From the IMG/VR virus record IMGVR_UViG_3300024239_000352, positions 1 through 55,633 of that record: a stretch of 55,633 bases of DNA; one strand, written 5' to 3'. How positions within the stretch are numbered: the stretch's first letter is position 1; the number at the start of each line of letters is the position of its first letter. Under the pieces are notes generated by a model, which was not told where the DNA came from, did no database searches, and saw only the letters and a program-made list of their open reading frames with translations. The DNA comes from a virus. Lineage: Duplodnaviria > Caudoviricetes. Made by a program: the position numbers and the translations under genes. Positions 29,415 through 38,587 of the stretch are shown piece by piece.

Positions 29415-29984
29415 ATGAATGTTTATTTCTCGTCTGACAATCATTACTTTCATGCAAACATTATTAAATACTGCGGTAGACCACACGCTAGTGTAGACGA
29501 GATGAACACCGCGATGGTCAGCAATTGGAATTCTACTGTAGGTGATGACGATGTCGTGTTTCATCTCGGCGATCTTTCGGCGGGACTAAAAGGACGCGAA
29601 AACGATCTGTGCAGACTAATTGGATCCCTAAAAGGAACGAAAATCCTCATTAGAGGCAACCATGATCACCAGCCAGATGACTGGTATGTGCAGGCAGGAT
29701 TTAGGTCTGTCCATGACTCGTTGAATCTTGGTGGAGTGCTGCTGATTCACTATCCGTTACATGAAGCTTTTTCTAGAGGATTTATTCCTGATAAACTTGG
29801 TGTCGTTGAGCAAGTCGTGCACGGGCATGTTCACAGGTGTGACATCGACGAGTTTGAGAATCATTACAATGTCGCCGTCGACAGAAATAATTTTACTCCC
29901 GTCTCGGCCAAAAATGCCATCAAGTCGCATGCTCTTTTTTCAAATTTTATGTCAGTGCAAGAAGCTTTCTTGTCTTGTAAATGA
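29415..29984 (+). CDS. Calcineurin-like phosphoesterase
   Basis: SDNH; HLGD; GNHD; HYP; HGHVH; NVAVD. Confidence 0.9.
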   Translation: MNVYFSSDNHYFHANIIKYCGRPHASVDEMNTAMVSNWNSTVGDDDVVFHLGDLSAGLKGRENDLCRLIGSLKGTKILIRGNHDHQPDDWYVQAGFRSVHDSLNLGGVLLIHYPLHEAFSRGFIPDKLGVVEQVVHGHVHRCDIDEFENHYNVAVDRNNFTPVSAKNAIKSHALFSNFMSVQEAFLSCK

Positions 29985-30009
29985 CGTCGTGAGGATGTAA
30001 TATCATCAT

Positions 30010-31092
30010 ATGAACAGGGCAGTTTGTTTTGACGATGTTCTTTTGGTCCCGCAGTATTCAGAAATTGAATCACGCTCAAGCGTTGATCTGTCAGTTCCTG
30101 GATTTGATACGTCATTTATGAACCTTGTTGAAGGAAAGCCTCATCTTACGTGTCCAATTGTCGGATCACCAATGGACACGGTGATAGGTCCAGTTGCAGC
30201 TGCCGTCCTTGCGGATGTGGGAGGATTCGGTGTCTTGCATCGATATTGCTCGATCGAAGAAACACGCCAGGCGTATCTTGAAACGACATCGATGGGCAAG
30301 ACATCATCAAACAACGTTATGGTGGCGATTGGTGCAACAGGCGATTATCTTGAACGCGCCGCTGCTTTATATTCTGTTGGGTGTCGCGCTTTTTGTGTTG
30401 ATGTTGCACACGGCCATCACGTAAATGTAAAGAATGCGCTTTCCGCTCTTCGATCAAGATTTGGCAAATCTGTTCATATCATGACAGGCAACGTCGCGAC
30501 CCTCGAGGCATTCAACGCATTGGCCGACTGGGGTTCTGATTCGATTCGTGTTGGGGTAGGCGGTGGTTCAATGTGCACGACTCGTGTCAGGACAGGTCAC
30601 GGGATTCCAACGTTGCAATCAGTAATCGATTGCGCAAAGTCGGATCGTGACGTCTACATAATCGCCGATGGAGGCATTCGAAACTCTGGTGACGCAGTGA
30701 AAGCCCTCGCAGCCGGTGCCGACATGGTGATGCTAGGCTCAATCCTTGCAGGCCATGATGAATCCCCAGGTGAGATTGTTGATAAGCGCGGTGTTCCGCA
30801 CAGTCCTAACTGGAAGAATGACATTCCGCTTTTCAAAAAATTTCGAGGAATGGCTTCACGCGAAGCGCAGCTTGAATGGCGTGGAAAGGTTTCCGTTGTT
30901 GAAGGCGATTCAACGCTTGTACCATATAAGGGCTCAATGAGACAAACCCTGATCGAATTGATGGATGGAGTCCGATCAGGGCTATCTTATTCAGGCGCCA
31001 GGACCATTAGAGAACTTCGGGCCAAGGCAAAATTTATTGGCGTTTCTTCAAGCGGTGTTAGAGAAAATGGATCACACGGTAAGAATTCTTGA
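30010..31092 (+). CDS. IMPDH/GMP reductase family enzyme (probably GMP reductase)
   Basis: FDDVLLVP; SPMDTV; DVAHGH; GGSMCTTR; ADGG; RGMAS. No CBS domains and no Arg-Tyr flap dyad. Confidence 0.85.
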   Translation: MNRAVCFDDVLLVPQYSEIESRSSVDLSVPGFDTSFMNLVEGKPHLTCPIVGSPMDTVIGPVAAAVLADVGGFGVLHRYCSIEETRQAYLETTSMGKTSSNNVMVAIGATGDYLERAAALYSVGCRAFCVDVAHGHHVNVKNALSALRSRFGKSVHIMTGNVATLEAFNALADWGSDSIRVGVGGGSMCTTRVRTGHGIPTLQSVIDCAKSDRDVYIIADGGIRNSGDAVKALAAGADMVMLGSILAGHDESPGEIVDKRGVPHSPNWKNDIPLFKKFRGMASREAQLEWRGKVSVVEGDSTLVPYKGSMRQTLIELMDGVRSGLSYSGARTIRELRAKAKFIGVSSSGVRENGSHGKNS

Positions 31093-31710
31093 TTACTTTT
31101 CAGATGGCCACTTACCTATAGCTTTATGCATCATCCATGCTGCCGCTGCGGCAGGTTCTTTTGCCCAACCTGAAACTTTTTGCATCTTTTGAGCAAAAGT
31201 TTTTGTTCCTTTAAGTATTTTTTGTGCCGCTTTTTTTGAAGGACCTTTTCTTTTCTTTGATTCATTCATTCCGCACTCACACATGGATTCATTCATTCCG
31301 CACTCATCACAGACCTTATCAGCCTCTTTTAAGTACTCTTCTGATGCTTCTTCAGAAGCCATAGTATACCAATTTGAATCCGAGGTATCGCTGCATCCAC
31401 ACGATCCTGCTGCAGGCATTTGGTTGCAGTGCGGACATTCTTCACCACATCCACATGAGCCGTCTACAACCATCATTCCGCAATCATCGCAACAATCGGA
31501 GTCATCTTCTCCGACGCTAAGCACGCCTTCTTCATCTTCATAACCTTCATTAGATTCATCACATCCACACATGCCTTCAACGACAGGCATTTCACAGTCA
31601 GGACATGTTTCTTCATCACGAACGCCTACGGCTCCAACGGAGGTTATGCCTGGCACTTCGCCGATAGGTGTACCAAATTTTTCATTTAAAAGGCTGCTGT
31701 AATCTTTCAT
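31093..31710 (-). CDS. Cys-rich acidic late protein with a basic C-terminal domain
   Basis: Repeated CxxC..CxC units; N-terminus MKDYSSLLNE; ATATTTA upstream on the minus strand. Confidence 0.7.
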   Translation of the reverse strand: MKDYSSLLNEKFGTPIGEVPGITSVGAVGVRDEETCPDCEMPVVEGMCGCDESNEGYEDEEGVLSVGEDDSDCCDDCGMMVVDGSCGCGEECPHCNQMPAAGSCGCSDTSDSNWYTMASEEASEEYLKEADKVCDECGMNESMCECGMNESKKRKGPSKKAAQKILKGTKTFAQKMQKVSGWAKEPAAAAAWMMHKAIGKWPSEK

Positions 31711-31757
31711 GTCCCTTAAATATAGACAGAATCTAAAAAAACGTTATAATATTTCTT

Positions 31758-32711
31758 ATGAAATCTATATTAGTGACAGGTGCTGCAGGTTTCATAGGCA
31801 GCTATCTTGTAGAGCATCACTTACAGATAGGCGATAAAGTATATGGAGTTGACAATTTTTGTTCTTCTAGCCCTGTCTCAAGGCATCACAGAAGCGCTGT
31901 TTCTAACAAGAATTATACGTTCAGCAGGCAGGACATAGCATCTTCTGCATTTATTCAAACGCATGCACATCTGTCTTTTGACCTGATCTATAATTTTGCT
32001 TGTCCTGCCTCACCGCCTATCTATCAAAATGTTCCAATTGAAACGATGATGACATGTGTCGTAGGAACAAACAACGCGCTGTCTTTGGCGTCAGCCAAAA
32101 CCGTCTTTGTTCAGGCGTCGACGTCGGAGGTCTACGGCGACCCAATGGTGCATCCTCAACCAGAAGCCTATAGGGGCTGTGTCAACTCATATGGGCCCAG
32201 ATCATGTTATGATGAAGGTAAACGTGCCGCTGAAGCCTTATGCTTTGATCACACACATAAACGAGGCATCGACGCGAGGCTAGTTAGAATATTCAATACG
32301 TACGGCCCTAGGATGGACCCTCACGACGGCAGAGTCATAACAAATATGATTGGCCAAACATTGGCGGGAAAGCCGATGACAATCTACGGAGATGGTTTCC
32401 AGTCACGTTCTTTTTGTTATGTCACTGACATGATTAGAGGCATTCTTGCGTTAGGCAATCTTTCAAGCAATCCGAACACACCTATAAATGTTGGTAACCC
32501 TAGCGAATTTACGATCATTGAATTGGCTGAAAAAATCAAATTAAGATTGGGAGGAAGCATAGAATTTCTTCCTCTTCCAAAAGACGATCCAAAACAACGA
32601 CAACCTGACATAACGCTTGCCAAAAAAATACTGGATTGGGAGCCAAGAATTGACCTAGATATTGGATTGGATCGAATGATCGAGTACATGAGAGCGACCA
32701 ATGACGCATGA
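31758..32711 (+). CDS. NAD-dependent epimerase/dehydratase, UDP-glucuronate decarboxylase-like
   Basis: TGAAGFIG; ACPASP; ASTSEVYGDP; CYDEGKR; RIFNTYGPRM; DDPKQRQPDI. Confidence 0.9.
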   Translation: MKSILVTGAAGFIGSYLVEHHLQIGDKVYGVDNFCSSSPVSRHHRSAVSNKNYTFSRQDIASSAFIQTHAHLSFDLIYNFACPASPPIYQNVPIETMMTCVVGTNNALSLASAKTVFVQASTSEVYGDPMVHPQPEAYRGCVNSYGPRSCYDEGKRAAEALCFDHTHKRGIDARLVRIFNTYGPRMDPHDGRVITNMIGQTLAGKPMTIYGDGFQSRSFCYVTDMIRGILALGNLSSNPNTPINVGNPSEFTIIELAEKIKLRLGGSIEFLPLPKDDPKQRQPDITLAKKILDWEPRIDLDIGLDRMIEYMRATNDA

Positions 32712-33003
32712 GCTGATTATTTTCGCTGCTTTTCAATGTGGTTTTTTCCTTGGTTTTGTGCTTAGTCGTATTACAAAAAATAGTTCTTCGAATTCGCAAG
32801 AAGAGCCTAAGGTGCGTTTTGGTAGTCGAAATGAAACGATGACGAAAATGAAGATTTTGAAGATCGATGAAGCAAGGTACGTCACAAAAGTTTCAGACGA
32901 CAAATTCGTCAAGACAGGAAACGAACTAGGCAAGACCTCCGCTGTCGATGATGACATAGGTTCATCTGTTTCTAGGCTTGCACAACTGAAGCAACGTAAG
33001 TAA
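32701..33003 (+). CDS. Small single-TM membrane protein
   Basis: N-terminal hydrophobic helix; C-terminal VSRLAQLKQRK. Confidence 0.65.
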   Translation: MTHELIIFAAFQCGFFLGFVLSRITKNSSSNSQEEPKVRFGSRNETMTKMKILKIDEARYVTKVSDDKFVKTGNELGKTSAVDDDIGSSVSRLAQLKQRK

Positions 33004-33016
33004 TAATAGCAATTCA

Positions 33017-33847
33017 ATGGATCTAAACGTTGTCCACAGGGGCACAGCCCTTGACTTGCTTTGTTCGATTCCTAATGAATCAATCGATCTTATCTACACC
33101 GATCCTCCGTTCGGCACAGGAAACACACAGACGATGGACCGGAAGAAGGCCGGGAAAACCGTCTCTAAAATTGAGTATAGCGATAAGTACGAGAATTACC
33201 TCGATTTTCTTGAGCCTCACCTGATTGAAATGCACAGGGTTCTGAAACCTACTGGTACCATGTACCTCCACATGGACTGGAGGTGGGTACACTATGCTAA
33301 GGTGATGTGTGATGGAATCTTTGGAATGGAAAACTTCCTCAACGAGGTTGTTTGGTCCTACAACTTTGGTGGACGAGGAAAGGATCGTTGGCCTCAGAAG
33401 CATGACACCATCCTTGTCTACACCAAGGAGATGGGCAAGCACACTTTCAATTGGAAAGATATAGACAGGATTCCATATGCCGCACCAGAGCTACAGTATG
33501 TTGGTAGATCGAGGGAAGAGGCAGAGAAAAGAATAGCTGAAGGTCAGGTTCCAACAGACGTGTGGAGCATGAGCATCGTAGGAACAGCGTCCAAAGAGAG
33601 AATAGGATACCCCAACCAGAAACCAATTAAATTAATGAAGCGTGCAATTGTTGCATCGTCAAATGAAGGAGACATTGTTCTTGATCCTTTTGGAGGGTCG
33701 GGTTCAACAGCGGCCGCGGCTATGGAAGCAAATAGAAAATTCATTACAGGTGATTCAAGCCCAGACGCAATCCAAACAATGCGCAACAGGTTTACAGGGC
33801 TTGACGTAAAATTTATAGAAAGTAAATTAGGAGAAAACAATGGCTAA
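33017..33847 (+). CDS. Orphan N4C/N6A DNA methyltransferase (beta class)
   Basis: IYTDPPF; YPNQKP; DPFGGSG. Confidence 0.92.
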   Translation: MDLNVVHRGTALDLLCSIPNESIDLIYTDPPFGTGNTQTMDRKKAGKTVSKIEYSDKYENYLDFLEPHLIEMHRVLKPTGTMYLHMDWRWVHYAKVMCDGIFGMENFLNEVVWSYNFGGRGKDRWPQKHDTILVYTKEMGKHTFNWKDIDRIPYAAPELQYVGRSREEAEKRIAEGQVPTDVWSMSIVGTASKERIGYPNQKPIKLMKRAIVASSNEGDIVLDPFGGSGSTAAAAMEANRKFITGDSSPDAIQTMRNRFTGLDVKFIESKLGENNG

Positions 33848-34844
33848 AGGTTTAGACGTCGGTACATCATTCATCGTTCTTGCATCTGAGGGTTCAAAGG
33901 GCAAGGTGGTCTACAAGGACTTCCGGGACGCATTCTACGTCCTCAAGCCAACAACACCGATCGCCGCCAAGATGATCGAAAAGGGTTTGGCTGGCAAGAC
34001 ATTTGTCAAGGACACTGATGGTTCATTCATCCTCCTCGGCTCCGACGCAATCGAAAAGGCCGTGGAGAGAAACGACTCGGCGAAGCGTCCAATGTACCGT
34101 GGTGTCGTATCATCCAAGGAAAAGGATGCCCGTCGCATTTTGACATACATCCTCAAGGAGGTCGCAGCCTCACCCTCCGAGCCCGGTGAAAAGCTAGTCT
34201 TCTGCGTCCCTGCTCAACCAATCGATCAAGAAGACGACGATTTCGACGTTGGTTACCATGAGGACGTCATCGTCAAGCTCCTCGCCGAGGTCGGTTACGA
34301 TGCTCGTGCCATCAACGAGGCCGAGGCGCTTTGCTACTCTGAACTCGACAAGGATGACTACACAGGTGTCTGCCTCTCATGGGGCGCAGGTATGGTCAAC
34401 GTCTGCGTCATGCTCAACGGTGAACCTGTGGTCAAGTTCTCCACCACAAAGTCCGGTGATTGGGTCGATCGTATGTCCGCAGTCGCGACAGGTGAGACAG
34501 ATTCAATTGTCCAGGCCGAAAAAGAGTCAGGAGAGTTCACCGTCGGTCAACCCAACGATAACCAGGTCCTCGCCGCTGTGGCAGCCTATTATGAACGTCT
34601 TATCGACTACACTACGAAGCAACTTGCAGCGGCGATGGACGGCCACAAGTCACTTCCAAAATTCAAGGGTGATCTTCCAGTCGTGGTTGCAGGTGGTACA
34701 TCCAAGGCCAAGGGATTCGTCGACATGTTTGCTTCAAAGTTGAAGGACAATGGCTTCCCACTTCCTGTCAAAGAGGTACGCCACGCAGCAGATCCCCTAC
34801 ATGCCGTTGCTCGTGGATGTTTAATCGCAGCCCAGGTGATGTAA
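33840..34844 (+). CDS. Actin-like ATPase, volactin-like
   Basis: GLDVGT (phosphate 1); RPM; VPAQP; INEAEA (connect 1); SWGAGMVN (phosphate 2); VAGGTS (adenosine); DPLHAVARG (connect 2). Confidence 0.85.
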   Translation: MAKGLDVGTSFIVLASEGSKGKVVYKDFRDAFYVLKPTTPIAAKMIEKGLAGKTFVKDTDGSFILLGSDAIEKAVERNDSAKRPMYRGVVSSKEKDARRILTYILKEVAASPSEPGEKLVFCVPAQPIDQEDDDFDVGYHEDVIVKLLAEVGYDARAINEAEALCYSELDKDDYTGVCLSWGAGMVNVCVMLNGEPVVKFSTTKSGDWVDRMSAVATGETDSIVQAEKESGEFTVGQPNDNQVLAAVAAYYERLIDYTTKQLAAAMDGHKSLPKFKGDLPVVVAGGTSKAKGFVDMFASKLKDNGFPLPVKEVRHAADPLHAVARGCLIAAQVM

Positions 34845-34873
34845 AAATTAAAGATTAGGAGTACAATAGCAAC

Positions 34874-35239
34874 ATGGATAAGCTTGAAGAGATGTACAAT
34901 CAGCAGCGGGACTTCAACATTCTGCTTCGTGACGAGAGACAGTATCCAGATTTTCCACTGGATCTTTCTCTGAAAAAGAACCAGCAGATCCTCAAGGGAC
35001 TCGCCCACGAATGCATGCATGAGCTCTTTGAGGCAAATCACCTGCTAAAGAACAGTAAGAACCACCGCGTCACAGACATCAAAGATTTCGATCGTGAATC
35101 CTACAAGGAAGAGCTCGTCGACGCCCTACACTACTTCTTCGGCATTGTAATTTATAGCGGAATTTCGGCCGAAGAACTTCATGAGGCTTTCATGAAGAAA
35201 GGCGCAATCAACGTTCAGCGTGTAAAGAATGGATATTAA
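34874..35239 (+). CDS. All-alpha NTP pyrophosphatase (dimeric dUTPase/MazG-like)
   Basis: HELFEA..K.H; KEELVDALHY; K..IN..R...GY. Confidence 0.8.
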   Translation: MDKLEEMYNQQRDFNILLRDERQYPDFPLDLSLKKNQQILKGLAHECMHELFEANHLLKNSKNHRVTDIKDFDRESYKEELVDALHYFFGIVIYSGISAEELHEAFMKKGAINVQRVKNGY

Positions 35240-35255
35240 ATGTTAGGATAAGAAC

Positions 35256-36203
35256 ATGACAAAGCCTATCGATTGGGCGAATCTGCCTGACGCATTGAAG
35301 CGTCAGGCAGATTTTTCATCCCTATTTTTTGACAACAGCAAGATTAGCCTAGAACAGAAGAAAGAGCTTCTGAAGACTTTCATTCTGTCTTTACATTCAG
35401 AGACGACAGGAATCTGTGAGGCTATCGACTATAAAGAGCATAGGCTTCAGAATAAGCCTGTTGATGTTCAGAAAATTCTTTATAAATCGGTTGATGCATA
35501 TCGCTATATTTTAGCGATGTTGAATCTCTGGGGTATTAGCGCTTCAACATTTGAGATGGCGTTGGCCCAGAAGGACGATTTTCTTCACTATCGATATAGA
35601 CTTTCTCAAAAGAGGTGGGAAGGGCAGCCCGTCGTACTGTTTGACATGGATGATGTCCTTGCTGAATTTAGGAAATCGTTCTGCGGGTATGTCACCGCGT
35701 TGACAGATCACTTCATCGATCCCGAAAGCGATGAGTACTACAACGTTAGGGAGTTCAAGAGACTAAACATCAATAGCGAAAATTTCTTCAAGAAATTCAT
35801 CGACGGACACGGATTTCTGTTGCTTGAAAGGAACGACCAGTACTTTAATTTACTTCAGCATTTAAAGTCCCAGGGCTACTGGATTCAGATTGTGACGGCC
35901 CGCCCTGAAACAAATCTGACGTGCTTTTATGACACTTACTCCTGGCTGGCCCGCCACGGTGTCGATGCCGATGGCGTTGCATTCACACCTGAAAAATTCG
36001 TCTGGTTGTCTGAACAGCCTTTTTACGCAAGGGGCAGGTACTTTGCTGTAGATGATTCAGCGAAGCATGCTGCCGAGTATGCCAAACACGGCGTCGTCAC
36101 GATTGTGCCTGAAAAACCTTATAACAAAGAGGTTAACGGGGTAAACAACGTTGTGTATGTTCCGCGGAACGCGAATCCTGTAGAATTCATTCCAGTTTTA
36201 TAA
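35256..36203 (+). CDS. Degenerate dNTP-PPase-like domain fused to a HAD 5'-nucleotidase-like domain
   Basis: N-terminal ILYKSVDAYRY replaces EELVD; C-terminal FDMDDVL, IVTAR, K, VDDS HAD motifs. Confidence 0.75.
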   Translation: MTKPIDWANLPDALKRQADFSSLFFDNSKISLEQKKELLKTFILSLHSETTGICEAIDYKEHRLQNKPVDVQKILYKSVDAYRYILAMLNLWGISASTFEMALAQKDDFLHYRYRLSQKRWEGQPVVLFDMDDVLAEFRKSFCGYVTALTDHFIDPESDEYYNVREFKRLNINSENFFKKFIDGHGFLLLERNDQYFNLLQHLKSQGYWIQIVTARPETNLTCFYDTYSWLARHGVDADGVAFTPEKFVWLSEQPFYARGRYFAVDDSAKHAAEYAKHGVVTIVPEKPYNKEVNGVNNVVYVPRNANPVEFIPVL

Positions 36204-36206
36204 TAA

Positions 36207-36236
36207 GTGTAAATTTGTTCCCAACAAGGATAAAGT
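36207..36236 (+). promoter_or_regulatory. Sigma70-like promoter for the ThyX paralogue
   Basis: GTGTAA-N18-TAAAGT, then SD GAGGT before ATG 36253. Confidence 0.5.
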
Positions 36237-36252
36237 CATTCGAGGTATCAAA

Positions 36253-37182
36253 ATGTCAACAATCAAGAACGGTTTTGGTGGAATCAAGGTAACTTTGCTG
36301 GACGCGGGCAATCCTAAGCCCTTTGAGATGTTTTGGAACTGGTATCGTGAGACATGGTACTCGTTGCGAAATCAAGAGTTTGATCCAAACGATCACAAGC
36401 ACATCGAGGCTGCGAAGGAGGTCGTCGATGGTAAGGCACTTCCTGTTCCTCAGGAAGCACTTAACTTTCAGATTCGTGTCGAGGGCTTGAGCCGTGTAGC
36501 CCTTGCTCAGTTCACTCGCGGCCGTGTTGGCTGGGCATACTGCGTCACTTCGCAGATGCCTGAGAAGGTGGACCACGACGTCATCGTTCCAATGAACATC
36601 TATGAATCTGAGTTTGGCGACGATGCTAGAAAGCTTGTCGAGGATTCGCAGCGACTCTACGACAAGATGGTGGCTGCCGGCGTTCCACCACAGGATTGTC
36701 GATACCTTCTTATTCATGGTCAGACGACGAACTTGGCATGCGTCGTCAACTTCATGGCCCTTCGTGGCTACTTTGGTCGACGATGTGAGAACGGTCTGAC
36801 CGATGAGCTCAACCTGATCGGTCGGCTTATCCTGCATGAGCTGCGGCAGGCTCACCTGAACGCTGACGGTACCGACAAGGTCCATGGATCAGGTTGGTCT
36901 TACCTGATGACGAAGCTTGAGGCGATGGGCGCCGACAAGGTCTGTCTCAACAACGACAAGGTCTTCGGCAACACGGGTCGATCGCCTTCAGCCGGCGACT
37001 GGGTTCCATCGACTGTCAACGAGAAGAATCCATGTGACTGGAGGTTCGATAAGTCAGCTTGGTTCTTTGAGCTACAGAAGCTGCCGGCACACCTGCTCTT
37101 CCCAGGAGAGAAGGAGATGATTCAGGACTGGCAGACGATTGGCTTCGATGGTCGACTTCGTAAGGTCGGAACGAAGAAGTAA
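36253..37182 (+). CDS. Divergent ThyX-fold protein (second paralogue)
   Basis: FQIRVEGLSR..QFTRGR....SQMP; GVPPQDCRYLL..TN; NFMAL..YF.RR. Signature residues are altered. Confidence 0.78.
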   Translation: MSTIKNGFGGIKVTLLDAGNPKPFEMFWNWYRETWYSLRNQEFDPNDHKHIEAAKEVVDGKALPVPQEALNFQIRVEGLSRVALAQFTRGRVGWAYCVTSQMPEKVDHDVIVPMNIYESEFGDDARKLVEDSQRLYDKMVAAGVPPQDCRYLLIHGQTTNLACVVNFMALRGYFGRRCENGLTDELNLIGRLILHELRQAHLNADGTDKVHGSGWSYLMTKLEAMGADKVCLNNDKVFGNTGRSPSAGDWVPSTVNEKNPCDWRFDKSAWFFELQKLPAHLLFPGEKEMIQDWQTIGFDGRLRKVGTKK

Positions 37183-37187
37183 AGATT

Positions 37188-37251
37188 TTTGGACGGTCTT
37201 GACTAGTTTGAATATGTATTTACATGAAAAGAAAATTCAAGACCGTCCAAA
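37188..37251 (+). promoter_or_regulatory. 15-bp perfect inverted repeat enclosing the homing-endonuclease start codon
   Basis: TTTGGACGGTCTTGA (37188-37202) and TCAAGACCGTCCAAA (37237-37251); ATG 37224 and ATATGTA/TATTTA lie in the loop. Confidence 0.75.
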
Positions 37252-38051
37252 TCACTTGTGAACAATGTGGGAAAATATCTTTAAAACAAAAAGGCCGCCG
37301 ATTTTGTAATACGTCTTGCGCGAATAAATGGTTGCATGCCCATGGCAAACTGAGCGCAAAAGCAATCATTGGAATGAATATGTCGTTGGAATCGCTGATT
37401 CAGCGATATGGAGATCTGTTAGGTCTTCAAAAATACGAAGAATTCATTAAAATAATGAGTGCTGCCACATCTGGGCAGAAAAATCCAATGTATGGTAAAA
37501 ATTACCAAACACATGGATTAAAAAAAGAGGGTGAAAAAAGAAGAGGAAAAACTGAAGTTGAACACTACGGTTTAGAGAAAGCGAAAGAAATTTCAAAGAA
37601 AAAGTCAGAAGCTTCATCTGGAAAAAACAACTCCATGTATGGTAAGCCCTCACCGAAATTATCGGGTAAAGGAACCAAAGGCTACTATAAAGGACATTAC
37701 TTTAGAAGTTTATTAGAGCTTTTGTGTATGAAACACTTAGAAGAAGATGGAATAGATCTAAATGACATCGATTATGAAAATTTTGTGATAAAATATGTTT
37801 CTTACGATGGTCGTCAAAGGACATATAGACCTGATTTTTTTATTCCAAGCAGAAATCAATTAGTTGAGGTAAAACCTTTTAGATTGATTTCTACCCCCTT
37901 GAATACACTTAAGTTCGAAGCTGCTCTTTCTTTTTGTAAAGAAAGAAACATTGAGTTTAAAGTTTTGACAGAAAAGTCTTTTACTTTATCAAAAGAAGAC
38001 GCAGTAAAAGATCAGAATGTCGTTCTTTTGGAGGCAAAAAATGAGAAATAA
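37224..38051 (+). mobile_element. Free-standing homing endonuclease (NUMOD3-like repeats plus PD-(D/E)xK nuclease)
   Basis: CEQC..FCNTSC; GQKNPMYGK and GKNNSMYGK; FRSLLE; YRPDF; VEVKP; AT-rich. Confidence 0.8.
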
Positions 38052-38587
38052 TGAGGTATTGGCCCGTCAGAAGATTATTATCTTCGACGGGCCAGATTGA
38101 AGGGTGTGGCAAAACACACATGGCAAAGGAGCTTGCCAAAATTACTAATATCGCTTACTTTAAAAATATTGACGAACACAAGTACTTTCTCAGCGATCCA
38201 AACTACTTCATCAACGCCATCAGGTATGTCGACACGTACTTCACATCTTACTTGGAGGCGTCAGGTGCGTCGATCATTCTCGATCGTGCCTGGCCTTCTG
38301 AGTGGATCTACAGCAAGGCCGTCGGTCGTTCAACAGATCTTGAGGTTCTAAAGGATCTCGATAGGCGGCATGCTCGCTTAGGAACAAAGCTGATTATTCC
38401 ATGGCGATCCGACTATACAAAGGTGAAGGATGACTACGATGTCGTCAACCAAAAAATCAATTTAATTCATGACTTGTATCACGAATTTGCAAATTCATGG
38501 ACACAATGTGATGTCTTATTGTTGAACGTAGACAACGAAGATTTGAACGAAGAAATGCAACAAATTACAGGATTTATCAACACATGA
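38041..38587 (+). CDS. Deoxynucleotide monophosphate kinase with a 4-nt interruption (TGAA) in the P-loop
   Basis: SD GGAGG at 38030; MRNNEVLARQKIIIFDGPD-TGA-A-GCGKT..; ILDRAWPSEWIYS. Confidence 0.75.

Noticed and set aside
22447-33847. Restriction-modification system from the two MTases plus the HNH nuclease
   Set aside because: The genes are unlinked; orphan MTases and McrA-like HNH genes are common in large phages.
38098-38100. Stop-codon reassignment (TGA read as sense) to explain the kinase break
   Set aside because: In-frame read-through does not restore GKT, and TGA terminates many genes here (ssb, recA, dut, nrdJ).
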